Shown: positions 20,401 through 30,851 of the stretch, piece after piece
How the letters are laid out: each line of letters starts with the position of its first letter
Numbering within the stretch: position 1 is the stretch's first letter
Source: Escherichia virus TH23
Length of the DNA stretch: 52,433 nt
Direction: 5' to 3' (one strand)
Sequence record: MT446397.1
Made by a program: the position numbers and the translations under genes
The notes under the pieces: generated by a model
The model's database searches: none
Seen by the model: only the letters and a program-made list of their open reading frames with translations
What the model was told of the DNA's origin: nothing

Positions 20401-21408
20401 TTAAATACCGGAGTTGATGGAGATTGCTGCCGGGTACATTGCCTGGAAGCCAGCGAAACGGCCACGACCAGGTACTTCATAAACCAGACCATGCAGCTGA
20501 ACTGGTTGCCAAGTTAACGGCAGCGGTTCACGCAGACGGAAGGTGCGGTTGCCCATAGCTTCACGGCACACAACTACGAAGCAATCTGCGCCAGAAGCAC
20601 CGTGACCTTTGATTGCATTAAGGCCCTTGATTTTGTCACGGGAATTAATGAACTGGTTGTTGTCAATGAAGAACTGACCGATAGTCTTATCAGACTGCTC
20701 AGAACGTGCGGTGTTGAAGATGTACTGCTCATGCTCAACAGGCATCCAGATTTCAGAAGGACGCATGATTTTCAGAGTAGATGCGTACATTGCAGACACA
20801 GCAGTGGTCAGGTCAGCAATAACTTCGGTCGGAGTCTTCTCGTTCCACTTGGTAGAACTGCCAGCGCCCTGAGCAACAGTTGCTTTGGTAACGTCTGGGT
20901 TTTCGAAGAAGCCAACAAAGCCGTTAGCCTGGTCGCCGTACCATGCAGCGGAGTTTACATACTGCTCGTAACCACGAATCGCAGCATTTGCTTTACGAGT
21001 TTCCAGCGGCAGACCAGTTACAGCAGCAGATGCAACTTCGTCAATGTCATAGTCGAATGCAGTACCAACAGACTTAACTGTTACGCTGTATTCTTTACCA
21101 GAAATGCTGGACTTCGGCAGGTCGGTTGCACGGGCGTTGATTACCTGAGCTTTACCAACATGGTTGTATGAACGGTAGGTCAGCGTGTTAACACCAGCGC
21201 CGCCAGTAGTATCAACACCGAAAGCAGCACGAGCTTCCAGTTCAGGATACAGGGTGTCGTAAGTTTGAGCTTCAATGAACTCAAGCTGACGTTGAAAGAA
21301 CACTGCGTCGTCGTCATTCAAAACAACGGTGCCAGAGTCCTGGATACGGGTGATGGCATCATTCAGTTCAAATTCAGAACCGTCGGCCAGTTTAATCATC
21401 TTTGGCAT
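20401..21408 (-). CDS. Major capsid protein
   Basis: 335 aa, strong Shine-Dalgarno, between scaffold/decoration-like and neck genes; no motif verified. Confidence 0.55.
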   Translation of the reverse strand: MPKMIKLADGSEFELNDAITRIQDSGTVVLNDDDAVFFQRQLEFIEAQTYDTLYPELEARAAFGVDTTGGAGVNTLTYRSYNHVGKAQVINARATDLPKSSISGKEYSVTVKSVGTAFDYDIDEVASAAVTGLPLETRKANAAIRGYEQYVNSAAWYGDQANGFVGFFENPDVTKATVAQGAGSSTKWNEKTPTEVIADLTTAVSAMYASTLKIMRPSEIWMPVEHEQYIFNTARSEQSDKTIGQFFIDNNQFINSRDKIKGLNAIKGHGASGADCFVVVCREAMGNRTFRLREPLPLTWQPVQLHGLVYEVPGRGRFAGFQAMYPAAISINSGI

Positions 21409-21452
21409 TAAATTTATTCCATTAGGCGCAGATTATTCTACGCCAATTAAAC

Positions 21453-21704
21453 TTAAGGATGCGTAATGGTGATTGCTTTAGTAGCAGTTACACCAGGAGC
21501 AGTCTTATGAGTTGCTTTGATTGTTGCAGAAGTCGCAGTACCAATCGTCGCAGTTGCAACAGTTACAGTACCATTGGCCGCCACAGTTACTCCAGTGACC
21601 GCTGGGTCAACAGTGAAGTTGTAGTCACTTGCAACAGAGTTTGCAAACGTAAACAGTTTATCAACAGTTACGGTAGCATTTACAGTTGAAGCATCAGCAG
21701 TCAC
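21453..21704 (-). CDS. Small T/A/V-rich head protein (Ig-like decoration?)
   Basis: 83 aa, threonine-rich beta-strand-like repeats. Confidence 0.3.
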   Translation of the reverse strand: MTADASTVNATVTVDKLFTFANSVASDYNFTVDPAVTGVTVAANGTVTVATATIGTATSATIKATHKTAPGVTATKAITITHP

Positions 21705-21745
21705 AGCCGCCGCTACCGCAGTAACGGTCGGTGCTGGAGGTGGCG

Positions 21746-22219
21746 TTACGACTTTGGGACTACGTTAATCATGACCGGAACAACATCACCAGCAGCAGCC
21801 GGATAGCGAAGTGCAGTCAGGTTGGTTGCCTTAGTATAGCCAGCGCCAACACCACCAAATTGACCAGTGGCAGACACGCCAATGTTCTTGTCAGTGATTG
21901 CAGTAACCAGTTTAACCATGATTGGGCCAGACAGCATAACGCCCAGAGGCCAGCCAGCTTTGATTGCAACAGTGCCGTCACCAGGACGAGTTGCGGATTC
22001 GATGTTAATCTGGCGCATAGTAATGCCCAGAACAGTGCCGTCGGCTTCAATACCAGGCTTAACCTGATTAGAAGCAGTACCCTGAACAACAGCTAAACCA
22101 AAGTTAGCCATTTCAGCTTCAGCATTGAAAGTCAGGCGCTGAGAGTTAGTGGTAGCCAGGCCATATTGCTCACCCGCATATGCTGCACCAGTATTAATAG
22201 ACCAATCTTGCTTTGGCAT
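21746..22219 (-). CDS. Hypothetical head protein (decoration/scaffold-associated)
   Basis: 157-aa ORF. Confidence 0.3.
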   Translation of the reverse strand: MPKQDWSINTGAAYAGEQYGLATTNSQRLTFNAEAEMANFGLAVVQGTASNQVKPGIEADGTVLGITMRQINIESATRPGDGTVAIKAGWPLGVMLSGPIMVKLVTAITDKNIGVSATGQFGGVGAGYTKATNLTALRYPAAAGDVVPVMINVVPKS

Positions 22220-22228
22220 TGTCTTACC

Positions 22229-23248
22229 TTATAAAGAGTTGAAGCGTTCTAAACGACGTTTGTTAGCTTCTTCGGAAATAGAAACTTTAGGCTTACGAGC
22301 TTCTGAATCTTTCTTAGCAGAGAATTGCATAGATTGGTTCAGTGCATCGCCCAAAGTAATGGAATCACAATCTTCAAGTGCTGCATCGAAACGAGCAGAG
22401 ATATAATCTTCACTCTTATCGCTGAAATCCTTGTCATGCAATTTATTAACTACAGCCAACTTAACTTCTGAATCGGACTTGCCGGAGAAATCAAGACTGG
22501 AGAATTCGTCGCCAAGACGGGCCACATCAATGAGAAGTGCTGTACGAGCAACAACACGTTTGTCTACCTCAGCCTGAATGGCTTCATCGGATAGTCGTGC
22601 AGTTTCTGCATCAGCAAGTTTCTGCTCAAGGGTGCTAATCTTGTCAAGCGCCGCATCACGCTCTGCTTCAACAACATCAAAGGTTGCCTTATCGACAATG
22701 GAAATCTCTTCACCAGAGTCACCAATGCGAGTAGTCTGAGCACGACCACGAACAACAATTGCAGCATGGTTAGGGATAATACGAACTTTGTCGAAGTCTG
22801 CATCGGCATCTTCTGCAACAGCCAGTTCTGCATTATGCCCCAGGGAGATTTGGTCAACGCCAGAATCAACTAATCGAATGGCTTGCTCGTCATTCAAAAC
22901 GATTGATGCAGCCAAGAAAGAACCGTCTGCAATTGGACGACCTTCGATGAACCCTTTCTGGAGTTCTTTGTTGTTCTTGATATTGACGTCATCTTTTGGA
23001 TGGCCGATAGTAACCGGAATTGAGCGACAACCTTCGATGGTTGCTTCATCAAATAATACTTCCGGTTTGGTGCGAACACGGCAAACAGATTCTGGGTCTA
23101 GATGTTTTGCAATCTCACCAAGTTCTTTCGCTTTGTACAGCATAATGCCAGTACGAGCAATGGTGCATTCTGCAATCATTTCGCCAGAGTCGCGTAAACG
23201 ACGGGTCGTCAGAGTAGCCTTGTCGGTTAACAAAACTACTTCATTCAC
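22229..23248 (-). CDS. Putative scaffold / prohead protease
   Basis: Long ORF between portal and capsid with coiled-coil-like LEQKLADAETARLSDEAIQAEVDKR; listed ORF start (23470) overlaps the portal, so the start given here (a GTG near 23248) is a guess. Confidence 0.35.
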   Translation of the reverse strand: MNEVVLLTDKATLTTRRLRDSGEMIAECTIARTGIMLYKAKELGEIAKHLDPESVCRVRTKPEVLFDEATIEGCRSIPVTIGHPKDDVNIKNNKELQKGFIEGRPIADGSFLAASIVLNDEQAIRLVDSGVDQISLGHNAELAVAEDADADFDKVRIIPNHAAIVVRGRAQTTRIGDSGEEISIVDKATFDVVEAERDAALDKISTLEQKLADAETARLSDEAIQAEVDKRVVARTALLIDVARLGDEFSSLDFSGKSDSEVKLAVVNKLHDKDFSDKSEDYISARFDAALEDCDSITLGDALNQSMQFSAKKDSEARKPKVSISEEANKRRLERFNSL

Positions 23249-23261
23249 AGTATCTTCGTCG

Positions 23262-24578
23262 TTAAGCTGGACCAGGTTTTGGCTTTGCTTCACTTGCGTT
23301 ACCCTTTTGGATGTTAGGAGGTTTAGGATTTGGCTTACCAAGGTCACAAGTTCCGAACACGCCCGAATGGAACATGACTTCATTTGCAACTTGCGTAGTA
23401 ATGGTGCCGTTGTTAACCAGTAGGTCAACAGCAAATGCCAAATCTTTAGCTCGCTTCGCTTTCTCAACATTGGATTCAGGGAAGATATCTAACCATTCAT
23501 AGTCATATTCTTCAATGCCAAAGTGCGCTTGGACAATCTTGTCTACCACATCTAAACGAGGGTCGAACACAGAAGTCTGCAAGCCAGTCAACAAGTCGAT
23601 ATAGTTTACGAGGTCAGATTCGCCCGTAGCGTTCATACCGTCTGGAGATGCAGAAAGGAAACGTGTAGCCGGAATACCAACTGCGGCAGCAACTATCTTT
23701 AAGTATTCCCAAATCAAATCTTTCACACCAGATAGTGCAATTGACTTGGTGTCATACTTCTCAGTGTTGTCGAGAATTAGGACATTATAAATACTCTTTG
23801 CCAGCTTCATGAGTTTGAAGCGCTTCATCACAGCAGCTTCACCTTCCGGTGATGTAAGCAGAGATTGTAAGCCTTCAACAGTTACCACATCAATTGTGGC
23901 TTCTTGAGCAAGGCTGGCAGCAGCAGCAGCGGTTGTATAAAATTGGTCAATCGTTTTCAGCAGTGGAATAAGTACCGAATCAGAATACCACATGTTACGT
24001 TGGAATTCGAACAGTGGGAGTTCAGTACCCTCGAACCGAAGGAAACGAGTGTAGTGGATATAGCCGGGATACCCAGCCAAAGTGTAAAACTCTGGCAAAC
24101 CATAATGAGGACTCAAGGGGTCCAGCACCATAGTTCCTGCGGCAAATAAGCGTGAGCGGTCAATAACTCTCATGGATTTAATACATCCAGTCTTCAAGTT
24201 ATCCAGACGCAATGGTGTATCAAGTTTACCCGTCCCTTTCAGGTCGAGTAAAACAAATGAAGTCCCATAGAGTCTGGCCCATTGATATGCTTCACGGAAC
24301 AGTTTGCGGATACGAAGTTTCTTATCTGCTTTGCGCCCTTCTTCACTATCAATATGTCGCCACTTACGCGTCATGTCTTGAGGAATAACGGTACACACTT
24401 TCTGCGATACCCAATCCTCACGGAAGCGGTTCATTAGTTCGCGATAGTTCGCGTTCTTGTTGGAGAAAGACCACTGGTTAAAAGTAGACTTATCTGCCTG
24501 ACCGCCCAACCCTGTTACAAGGTTTTCTAATCCATCCGCAACTTTGACAGAGAGATTGTTTTTCTTTTTGGAAGTCAT
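23262..24578 (-). CDS. Portal protein
   Basis: 438 aa immediately downstream of the terminase large subunit. Confidence 0.55.
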   Translation of the reverse strand: MTSKKKNNLSVKVADGLENLVTGLGGQADKSTFNQWSFSNKNANYRELMNRFREDWVSQKVCTVIPQDMTRKWRHIDSEEGRKADKKLRIRKLFREAYQWARLYGTSFVLLDLKGTGKLDTPLRLDNLKTGCIKSMRVIDRSRLFAAGTMVLDPLSPHYGLPEFYTLAGYPGYIHYTRFLRFEGTELPLFEFQRNMWYSDSVLIPLLKTIDQFYTTAAAAASLAQEATIDVVTVEGLQSLLTSPEGEAAVMKRFKLMKLAKSIYNVLILDNTEKYDTKSIALSGVKDLIWEYLKIVAAAVGIPATRFLSASPDGMNATGESDLVNYIDLLTGLQTSVFDPRLDVVDKIVQAHFGIEEYDYEWLDIFPESNVEKAKRAKDLAFAVDLLVNNGTITTQVANEVMFHSGVFGTCDLGKPNPKPPNIQKGNASEAKPKPGPA

Positions 24579-24790
24579 TATTTCTTCCTTAGAACAGTTC
24601 CATTACCTTTAACAATTTGAATGTTGTCGGAGGTGTGGAGTCGCAGATTTGACTCGTGCTTTAACTTAACACAGTCACTCTCTGTGGTAGAAACTGCCTC
24701 AATCACGCACAGAATGTTCCCTTCCAAATCTTGAATCTGGAGGGAGTTGTTCTTGCGGGAGCGGGCATCTAATCGAGTGATTACCGCCAT
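24578..24790 (-). CDS. Hypothetical small protein
   Basis: Internal ATG of the 24578..24940 ORF just after the terminase stop. Confidence 0.25.
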   Translation of the reverse strand: MAVITRLDARSRKNNSLQIQDLEGNILCVIEAVSTTESDCVKLKHESNLRLHTSDNIQIVKGNGTVLRKK

Positions 24791-24791
24791 A

Positions 24792-26837
24792 TTACATCCA
24801 TGCCGAGTAGTTGGCACTTGGGCCGGAGAATTCGATTGCAACCATATCTGAAACGTTATCGACACAATCGTCGTGTCCAGTACCACTACCCAAAGAAGTG
24901 AATCCAAGTATTTCACGTCTAACGTGGTCAATGTGTTCATGACCAGCAGGGAAGAATATCCTCTTTTGAGAGAAATATGGGATTGCGTTAAGGAATCGAG
25001 TTACCTTGTCATTACCGTTAATGCCATCGCGAGGCAGTGGTAAGACTCGGACACTCCCATCTCTAATAAATTGTTGGTTCAAGAACTGTCCAGCAGACTT
25101 ATCTTCCATGTACAAAGCACGAGGAATGCAGCCTACATATTTCAAATCCAACTTATTGCATTTATTCCAGAAGTCGATAATAGCAGTCTTGAGTTCTGGA
25201 GTTTCAAACTTACCGAGCATGATATCTAAACAATAAACATCACGCTCTTTAGTCACGCCCCAATGCTTAAGGACCGAATAGTCAGAATAAGACTTGGCAG
25301 TAGATGCCGTGTCAGCAGTAATGAAACTTCTAACTATGCGACTTCTGTCGAAAGCGTCTGGCTCATACTCTTGCCACCAATCTTCTTTAACAAGGCCATG
25401 ACCTTGGGCAGACGGGTCGCCAGCATACTGTGAGTTGTATGTGTATGGGTTGGACTCCTTCATTGCCTCCAAAGATTCTAAACTCTTACGTGAGGGCCAC
25501 AATGCAGACTTCTCTTCTTTCCTGTTCAAATCATAGAGAATAGGGATAGCATGAGTGTAGTTCTGCTTCTTAATTAATTTGTCGTACCACTGAGCACTGC
25601 CAACACCTTTCTCAATAATCGCTGGGATGTTGAGATAATGATATTTATCAGAGGAACCACCACGGAGTATATAGCCAACTAAATCTTGGTCATGAACTCG
25701 CTGCATGATGATAACCATTGGAGTACGAGAGCACTTAATTTGGTTTCCACGAGAATCGGTTATGCACCCATCATTGGCAAGACGGGACATAAAGGTGTTA
25801 TCAAAGCGGTCGTTGATTTCTGCTCGAACTGTGTCAGAGTAGGCATCCTTAGGTTTGATAACGTCATCCACCACAAAGCAACCAGAGTAGTTTGCAACAA
25901 GAAGTCCAGCACCTTTACCAGTTAATTTACCACCAGTAGGTACTGCGTGCATAACTCCAGCTTTGGTCGTACCCCAGCGTTCAAGGGAACGTTTGTTGGG
26001 GTCGATTCTCACCTTTGGGAATATGCGTTGGAATAGTGGGTCCAGCATTACTGCGCGGATGTAACCGCTCGATTCCAATACAACGTCTTCTGCATAGGAG
26101 GTGATGATGTTGTGGCTTGATTCATTGTGGCAAAATGAATACAGTGGTAGTGCAATACTCATAAGCTGAGTCTTGGAATGTCGTGGTGGAATGGTGACAA
26201 TTAGTCGGTCAATCTCACCGTCAACAACTTTCTGACCTACTTTGAATATTACATCGTGAAAGTCTTGAGACTGGAATGGGAATCCCATTTGAATATGGAA
26301 CTGCCATTTACCAAATGCTTCAAAACTCTTCATCAAAACTTTACGGACTTGTTCTGCAACCTTGGCTGGGATTACAGATGGGTCAACGTTGTGTGGGTCA
26401 TAAAGGATTTTATCGACAAGCTCTTGAGTATTGTCGTGTTCAGAAGTTGGCTCTTCTAAAGTCGAACCAGCTACACGGTCTGATACCCCAGCTTGGATTC
26501 CTTTCTTCAACTCGTCGGCATACGCAGTTGAATCTTTCTTATCGCCAGAGCGAAGGCGCTCAAGTTGTGCTCGGAAAACGGAACGCAACACAGCATCGTT
26601 TTCCAGACCCTGGCCTTCTAACTCTGCTTGAATTTGTTCTTCATAGCTGTCAACTATCGCAGAGTTTTCTGAAATATATCGACGGAGCAATGGCAAAGAT
26701 AGAATGCAGAATCTTTCTCTTGAGACTTTTAATACGTCACCGTAGTGTTTGGCAAGATACGAGGCTACTGTATCATTAAACTCCGGTCCGAGGTCATCAG
26801 TCTTTGACATTGATTCGTTCTCTTTGGTTTTAATCAC
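24792..26837 (-). CDS. Terminase large subunit
   Basis: 681 aa; Walker A-like VTIPPRHSKTQL, acidic FVVDDV, C-terminal nuclease-like GTGHDDCVD; GTG start with roughly 100-aa N-terminal extension, so the true start may be downstream. Confidence 0.7.
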   Translation of the reverse strand: MIKTKENESMSKTDDLGPEFNDTVASYLAKHYGDVLKVSRERFCILSLPLLRRYISENSAIVDSYEEQIQAELEGQGLENDAVLRSVFRAQLERLRSGDKKDSTAYADELKKGIQAGVSDRVAGSTLEEPTSEHDNTQELVDKILYDPHNVDPSVIPAKVAEQVRKVLMKSFEAFGKWQFHIQMGFPFQSQDFHDVIFKVGQKVVDGEIDRLIVTIPPRHSKTQLMSIALPLYSFCHNESSHNIITSYAEDVVLESSGYIRAVMLDPLFQRIFPKVRIDPNKRSLERWGTTKAGVMHAVPTGGKLTGKGAGLLVANYSGCFVVDDVIKPKDAYSDTVRAEINDRFDNTFMSRLANDGCITDSRGNQIKCSRTPMVIIMQRVHDQDLVGYILRGGSSDKYHYLNIPAIIEKGVGSAQWYDKLIKKQNYTHAIPILYDLNRKEEKSALWPSRKSLESLEAMKESNPYTYNSQYAGDPSAQGHGLVKEDWWQEYEPDAFDRSRIVRSFITADTASTAKSYSDYSVLKHWGVTKERDVYCLDIMLGKFETPELKTAIIDFWNKCNKLDLKYVGCIPRALYMEDKSAGQFLNQQFIRDGSVRVLPLPRDGINGNDKVTRFLNAIPYFSQKRIFFPAGHEHIDHVRREILGFTSLGSGTGHDDCVDNVSDMVAIEFSGPSANYSAWM

Positions 26838-27015
26838 AATCCACTAATGGCTGAGTTTGCACGGGATTGATGCGAATGATGTTGCCCAAACTAGAATCAG
26901 CTTTTAAAATGAGCCGATTTAGCGGCATGAATGAATCACAGATAGGACATTGTTGGGTGATAAAATCATCCTCTGCCACTTCGTAATGGCAGTTACTACA
27001 TTGAATTGTGCGCAT
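26830..27015 (-). CDS. Small zinc-ribbon protein
   Basis: 61 aa with CSNC...CPIC. Confidence 0.3.
   Translation of the reverse strand: MRTIQCSNCHYEVAEDDFITQQCPICDSFMPLNRLILKADSSLGNIIRINPVQTQPLVDCD
26833..26850 (-). promoter_or_regulatory. Conserved intergenic motif copy (candidate phage promoter), upstream of the terminase gene
   Basis: Minus strand CCATTAGTGGATTGTGAT; matches the family consensus ACATTAGTTGGATGTGA. Confidence 0.3.
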
Positions 27016-27069
27016 AAGCGACTCCGAATAAGATAGGAGGCCAGATAGCCTCCCTATTATGCGTGCCGC

Positions 27070-27399
27070 TTAATATTTAATATCGCTCCAATCCATATCT
27101 TTAAAGAAATCTTCAAAATACTGCTGGGTAGAACCAACAACCACCACAATCTTAAATGGCAGTATCAGCGGCTTTACAGCCGACATTAAATCTTCGCGCC
27201 CACGCTTGATACGTTCGACGTTCTTGATTGTATTTTCACCACGAGGAAGCATGAAAACGATAACATCCGCACCTGTTTCATTGCGCGTTGCAAGTGCACG
27301 GGTGAGATAAGTACCACCGCCAGTTGAAGTGACGGTGGATTTCAAATATGCAAACTTGACTTTGCGATTATTTACAACAACAGGTGAGGACAGTTTCAT
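27070..27399 (-). CDS. Hypothetical protein
   Basis: 109-aa ORF with Shine-Dalgarno, between dUTPase and terminase. Confidence 0.3.
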   Translation of the reverse strand: MKLSSPVVVNNRKVKFAYLKSTVTSTGGGTYLTRALATRNETGADVIVFMLPRGENTIKNVERIKRGREDLMSAVKPLILPFKIVVVVGSTQQYFEDFFKDMDWSDIKY

Positions 27400-27428
27400 T
27401 CAGATAGGTTCCAAATAGTTACTAATTA

Positions 27429-27881
27429 CTAAACTCGTCCAGTTGAACCAAACCCACCTTCACCACGAACAGTGGAATTTAAGTGGTCAACTTCAACGAA
27501 ATGGTGTTGAGTAGCTTTACTAACTTGCACTTGACAAACACGTTCGCCTGGTTGAATAACAAAGGCTGTGTCCGAGTCGTTGTGCAGCTTAACCATAAGA
27601 TTACCGCGATAGTCGGAATCCAGAATGCCTGTGCAGTTTGCAAGGCGAATACCAGACTTAAAGCCGTGACCAGAACGGCTATGCACTTTGAGTTCGTATC
27701 CAATTGGTACTTCGAACTGGAGGCCAGTATCGACAACAACAGAAGAGCCGGGATTGATAACAACAGTGGTATCGGATACAGTACAAACATCAGCAGCAGC
27801 AGCGCCAGCTGTAGCATACACAGGTAATTTCGCATTAGGGTGTACTCGTTTAACTGCAACAACTTGGGTCATACAAGACAT
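27429..27881 (-). CDS. dut: dUTPase (trimeric Dut family)
   Basis: 150 aa; LPVYAT.GAAA.D, SRSG, GILDSDYRGNLMV, IQPGERVCQ and C-terminal RGEGGFGSTGR motifs match E. coli Dut as recalled. Confidence 0.88.
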   Translation of the reverse strand: MSCMTQVVAVKRVHPNAKLPVYATAGAAAADVCTVSDTTVVINPGSSVVVDTGLQFEVPIGYELKVHSRSGHGFKSGIRLANCTGILDSDYRGNLMVKLHNDSDTAFVIQPGERVCQVQVSKATQHHFVEVDHLNSTVRGEGGFGSTGRV

Positions 27882-27883
27882 GG

Positions 27884-28510
27884 TTATTTCTCTACTTGAT
27901 AAGTTATGCGTTCAATCCAATTGAACACTTTGAATACGGAATCGTCCACCTTACCATCAATTAGATGTTCATCCACTGTTACGCGGGTAGGTGTATTTGG
28001 GAGGTTGATGTATCTGCGAGAATCGCCCGTGAAATCAAAACCATCACGATGCAAACGCACAATGATGACGAAATCATAAGCAGACTCAACGGCAACGACT
28101 TCATCACCAAAACCGCCATCGGGATAAATGACATTAATAACGCCACCCATACGCCCCGTGAGTTCTTCAACACGAGCAGCTTCAACCTTACCGAAGTAGT
28201 CTTGTCCGTAGCGAGGTTTATAGATGTCTTCACTAGCGTGAATAAGAGCTTGACGAGGTGTTCTGCCACCAAGACCTGCAAGGGAGATAGAGTCTTTGAG
28301 GTCACGGTCCGAAGCATAGTGGATAAACTTGTCCACATCGACTTGAAAGTGTTTGGCAGTATGCTCATACAGTGCATCCTTAAACTGGTGTTTAGTGAAT
28401 CGGCGCTTACCGAGAAAGTATGATTCCTCGGCAGCAACTATCTTGTTGGCAATTGTGTCTTTACCACAGCCAGGTGGGCCATTAAGAATGACAGCTAAAC
28501 GCTTAATCAA
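27884..28510 (-). CDS. P-loop nucleotide kinase (dNMP kinase-like)
   Basis: Walker A ILNGPPGCGKDT; listed ORF start overlaps the upstream gene by about 110 nt, and a TTG at 28510 preceded by GAGG is the likelier start. Confidence 0.45.
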   Translation of the reverse strand: MIKRLAVILNGPPGCGKDTIANKIVAAEESYFLGKRRFTKHQFKDALYEHTAKHFQVDVDKFIHYASDRDLKDSISLAGLGGRTPRQALIHASEDIYKPRYGQDYFGKVEAARVEELTGRMGGVINVIYPDGGFGDEVVAVESAYDFVIIVRLHRDGFDFTGDSRRYINLPNTPTRVTVDEHLIDGKVDDSVFKVFNWIERITYQVEK

Positions 28511-29258
28511 AACTTTCCTCGCTCTTGTCTGTGCGAAGGCGAACCAAAGAAGGGAAGCGGAATTTACCAGCTTCTGTCTTCTCACGATATCGAACTTGCA
28601 TAATCGAACCAACTAGCTCGTTACGATGTTCCCACAACCACTTACGGATTGCGGTGTTTGATTCTGGAATACCGTGGTCTGCCAGACAATCTTTCACCAT
28701 TGAGCCAGCACTGCCGTAGTTAGAAGAGATAGAGCCACACATACCTTTGAGAGCACCAGTACCTTCTTTCATACCAGTAATCTTCACATCGGCGTATTTG
28801 TATGGTACAATCTTCCACCACTTACCTTTTGCATCTCGGACGATAATACCCTCATGACCAAGCGCCAGATATTTATCCATCAATGCCTTAAGGTTTTCAT
28901 TGCTTGGGTCCTTGCACCAGCCGATGTACAGGCGTGGGTCAACAGCACCATCACTCAACTCATACACGTTTTCTTGAGTTAGTGCGACCGTAGGCGGGTC
29001 AATACGACCGAGGATGCTAGAAGTCTCATTCCAACTATTACGGAATATCTCAGCATCTCTGAACTCCAGGTGCGATAAATGAGGTAAGGGTTTGGAATTA
29101 CGACTCCAGACACCACCTGCTTTATTACGGATAGCTCGAATTCCGTCAATCTTGATGAAGAGTTCGCAGCGTCCTTTGATTTGGCAGTCTGGGTCTTCCC
29201 AATCATGAGCATGGGCCTTCGTATATTTTGTACCATCATCGAGAAGCTTAATAGTCAT
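28503..29258 (-). CDS. Small ATP-dependent DNA ligase-like nucleotidyltransferase
   Basis: 251 aa; motif I KIDGIR, motif IV-like EGIIVRDAKGKW. Confidence 0.5.
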   Translation of the reverse strand: MTIKLLDDGTKYTKAHAHDWEDPDCQIKGRCELFIKIDGIRAIRNKAGGVWSRNSKPLPHLSHLEFRDAEIFRNSWNETSSILGRIDPPTVALTQENVYELSDGAVDPRLYIGWCKDPSNENLKALMDKYLALGHEGIIVRDAKGKWWKIVPYKYADVKITGMKEGTGALKGMCGSISSNYGSAGSMVKDCLADHGIPESNTAIRKWLWEHRNELVGSIMQVRYREKTEAGKFRFPSLVRLRTDKSEESFD

Positions 29259-29772
29259 TAAGATTCAGTCTCAAGTATTCTCGGACAGCATTCTTACGTC
29301 CGATTTTGGTTTTAGGGATTGGGTCAATCTTGGCGAGTTTGCACTTAGCAATTTGCTCGTCATCTTTCAATTTGGCGAATGCAATACACTTCTTCTCTAT
29401 GACTGCATCTCTACGAGATACCCCATATCGTTCCATGTATGTTATGATGCCATGACAATCATGACACAACAGTTCCAAATCTTCCGGCTGAACCAATAGA
29501 AGGTTGTCCACAAAACGGTGAAGGTCTTCCAGCTTAAGGAGTCCTCCAACCTGTTTCTTGTGGTTCACTTCAATCTCTTTCAACTTATACAGTTTCTTAC
29601 AGTGATAGCACTGAATGTGGAATATTGGTTTGTTGGATGTACCAACTTTCAACGCCACACGTCGAGCCTGGATAAGAGATAGCTTGCTTGGATGTTTAGA
29701 CCAAACACTGCGAATAGCAGACTGGAGCCAAGAAACAAACTTGGCTTCCGTACCGCAATAACCGTAAGCCAT
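29248..29772 (-). CDS. HNH endonuclease
   Basis: 174 aa; CYHCKK...HDCHG cysteine/histidine pattern. Confidence 0.45.
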   Translation of the reverse strand: MAYGYCGTEAKFVSWLQSAIRSVWSKHPSKLSLIQARRVALKVGTSNKPIFHIQCYHCKKLYKLKEIEVNHKKQVGGLLKLEDLHRFVDNLLLVQPEDLELLCHDCHGIITYMERYGVSRRDAVIEKKCIAFAKLKDDEQIAKCKLAKIDPIPKTKIGRKNAVREYLRLNLNDY

Positions 29773-29783
29773 TTCAACTCCAA

Positions 29784-30845
29784 TTATTTCTGGAGATACT
29801 CTGCATGAGGGATTATACGGTTCTCTTTAAGATGGAATCGGTCGATGACACCTTTATAGTGCCACAAGCGAACGAGGTTTCCATCATCAATTTGGTGATG
29901 CATGTACACGAGTCGGCCAACTTTGAGAAGTTCTTCTTCCCAACCGTCTCCGAATCGCATGATAAATGCACCAATAACTTTCTTCAAACCTTCTGCATAA
30001 GAAGTGGTCTTATCCAAAAGTTCGAAAGATTCGACAGCACCGACACCGCTTCGACGGAAGTATGTTTCTCCAGCCTTGGCACCAGTCTTGTAAATCTTCT
30101 CTTCCAGAACACCACAACCCATAACGTTATCCGTTGAGTCGCCGATAAGAAGTTGATGCAAGAAGAATTTAGGGCCACAGCCTTTGACTTCTTTCTTCTT
30201 AGATTTACCGTTGTCTTTGATAATTAATTTGAGTTCACCATAATCCTTCGGGATTACAATCTTCTCACCAATGTTCTGAGATTCACGTTCCCATTGGTAG
30301 TGCTTGATTACTGGACCAGTGTCGCCGAATTGTCCGATTTGGCGCAAGTCTTTGTCAAGCGACGCAATCCAAACTTCATCATATGTGCACGGACCAATAC
30401 GCGTGAGGCTCTTAATCTCATTACGTTTACCCATTGTTGCTTCGTATTCATGACGGGCGAATACAGCCAGAAGGTCATCTGCTTCCAGACCCTTCATCCA
30501 CATTCCGTTCCATGCAACCATGAGATGTGCTTTCGCATTCTTAAGGTTTTCTGGACGCCATACGCCATCACGGTTGCCCTTATAATCAGGAGCAAATTCG
30601 TTGCGCATGGTTTTGGATGGTGAAATGAAAGTAATTACTTCTGTAGCACCAGCACGTTTGGCGAGGAATTCCATTTTAGAATCCATCGACATTTGAATCT
30701 TAGCAAAGTTAATATCTTCGGGGTCTTTGCCGTGCTCTTCAGCAGCACAGTGGCTGAATGCAACCATGTCGCCGTCTACCAGCAACAATACTCGTTTCTT
30801 ACTCACTTTGGTAAGCTCCAAACTAAAGGCTCCCGAAGGAGCCAA
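29784..30845 (-). CDS. 5'-3' exonuclease / flap endonuclease (T5 D15 / T4 RNase H family)
   Basis: 353 aa; LLLVDGDMVAF and EADDLLA acidic motifs. Confidence 0.65.
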   Translation of the reverse strand: MAPSGAFSLELTKVSKKRVLLLVDGDMVAFSHCAAEEHGKDPEDINFAKIQMSMDSKMEFLAKRAGATEVITFISPSKTMRNEFAPDYKGNRDGVWRPENLKNAKAHLMVAWNGMWMKGLEADDLLAVFARHEYEATMGKRNEIKSLTRIGPCTYDEVWIASLDKDLRQIGQFGDTGPVIKHYQWERESQNIGEKIVIPKDYGELKLIIKDNGKSKKKEVKGCGPKFFLHQLLIGDSTDNVMGCGVLEEKIYKTGAKAGETYFRRSGVGAVESFELLDKTTSYAEGLKKVIGAFIMRFGDGWEEELLKVGRLVYMHHQIDDGNLVRLWHYKGVIDRFHLKENRIIPHAEYLQK

Positions 30846-30851
30846 TTATAA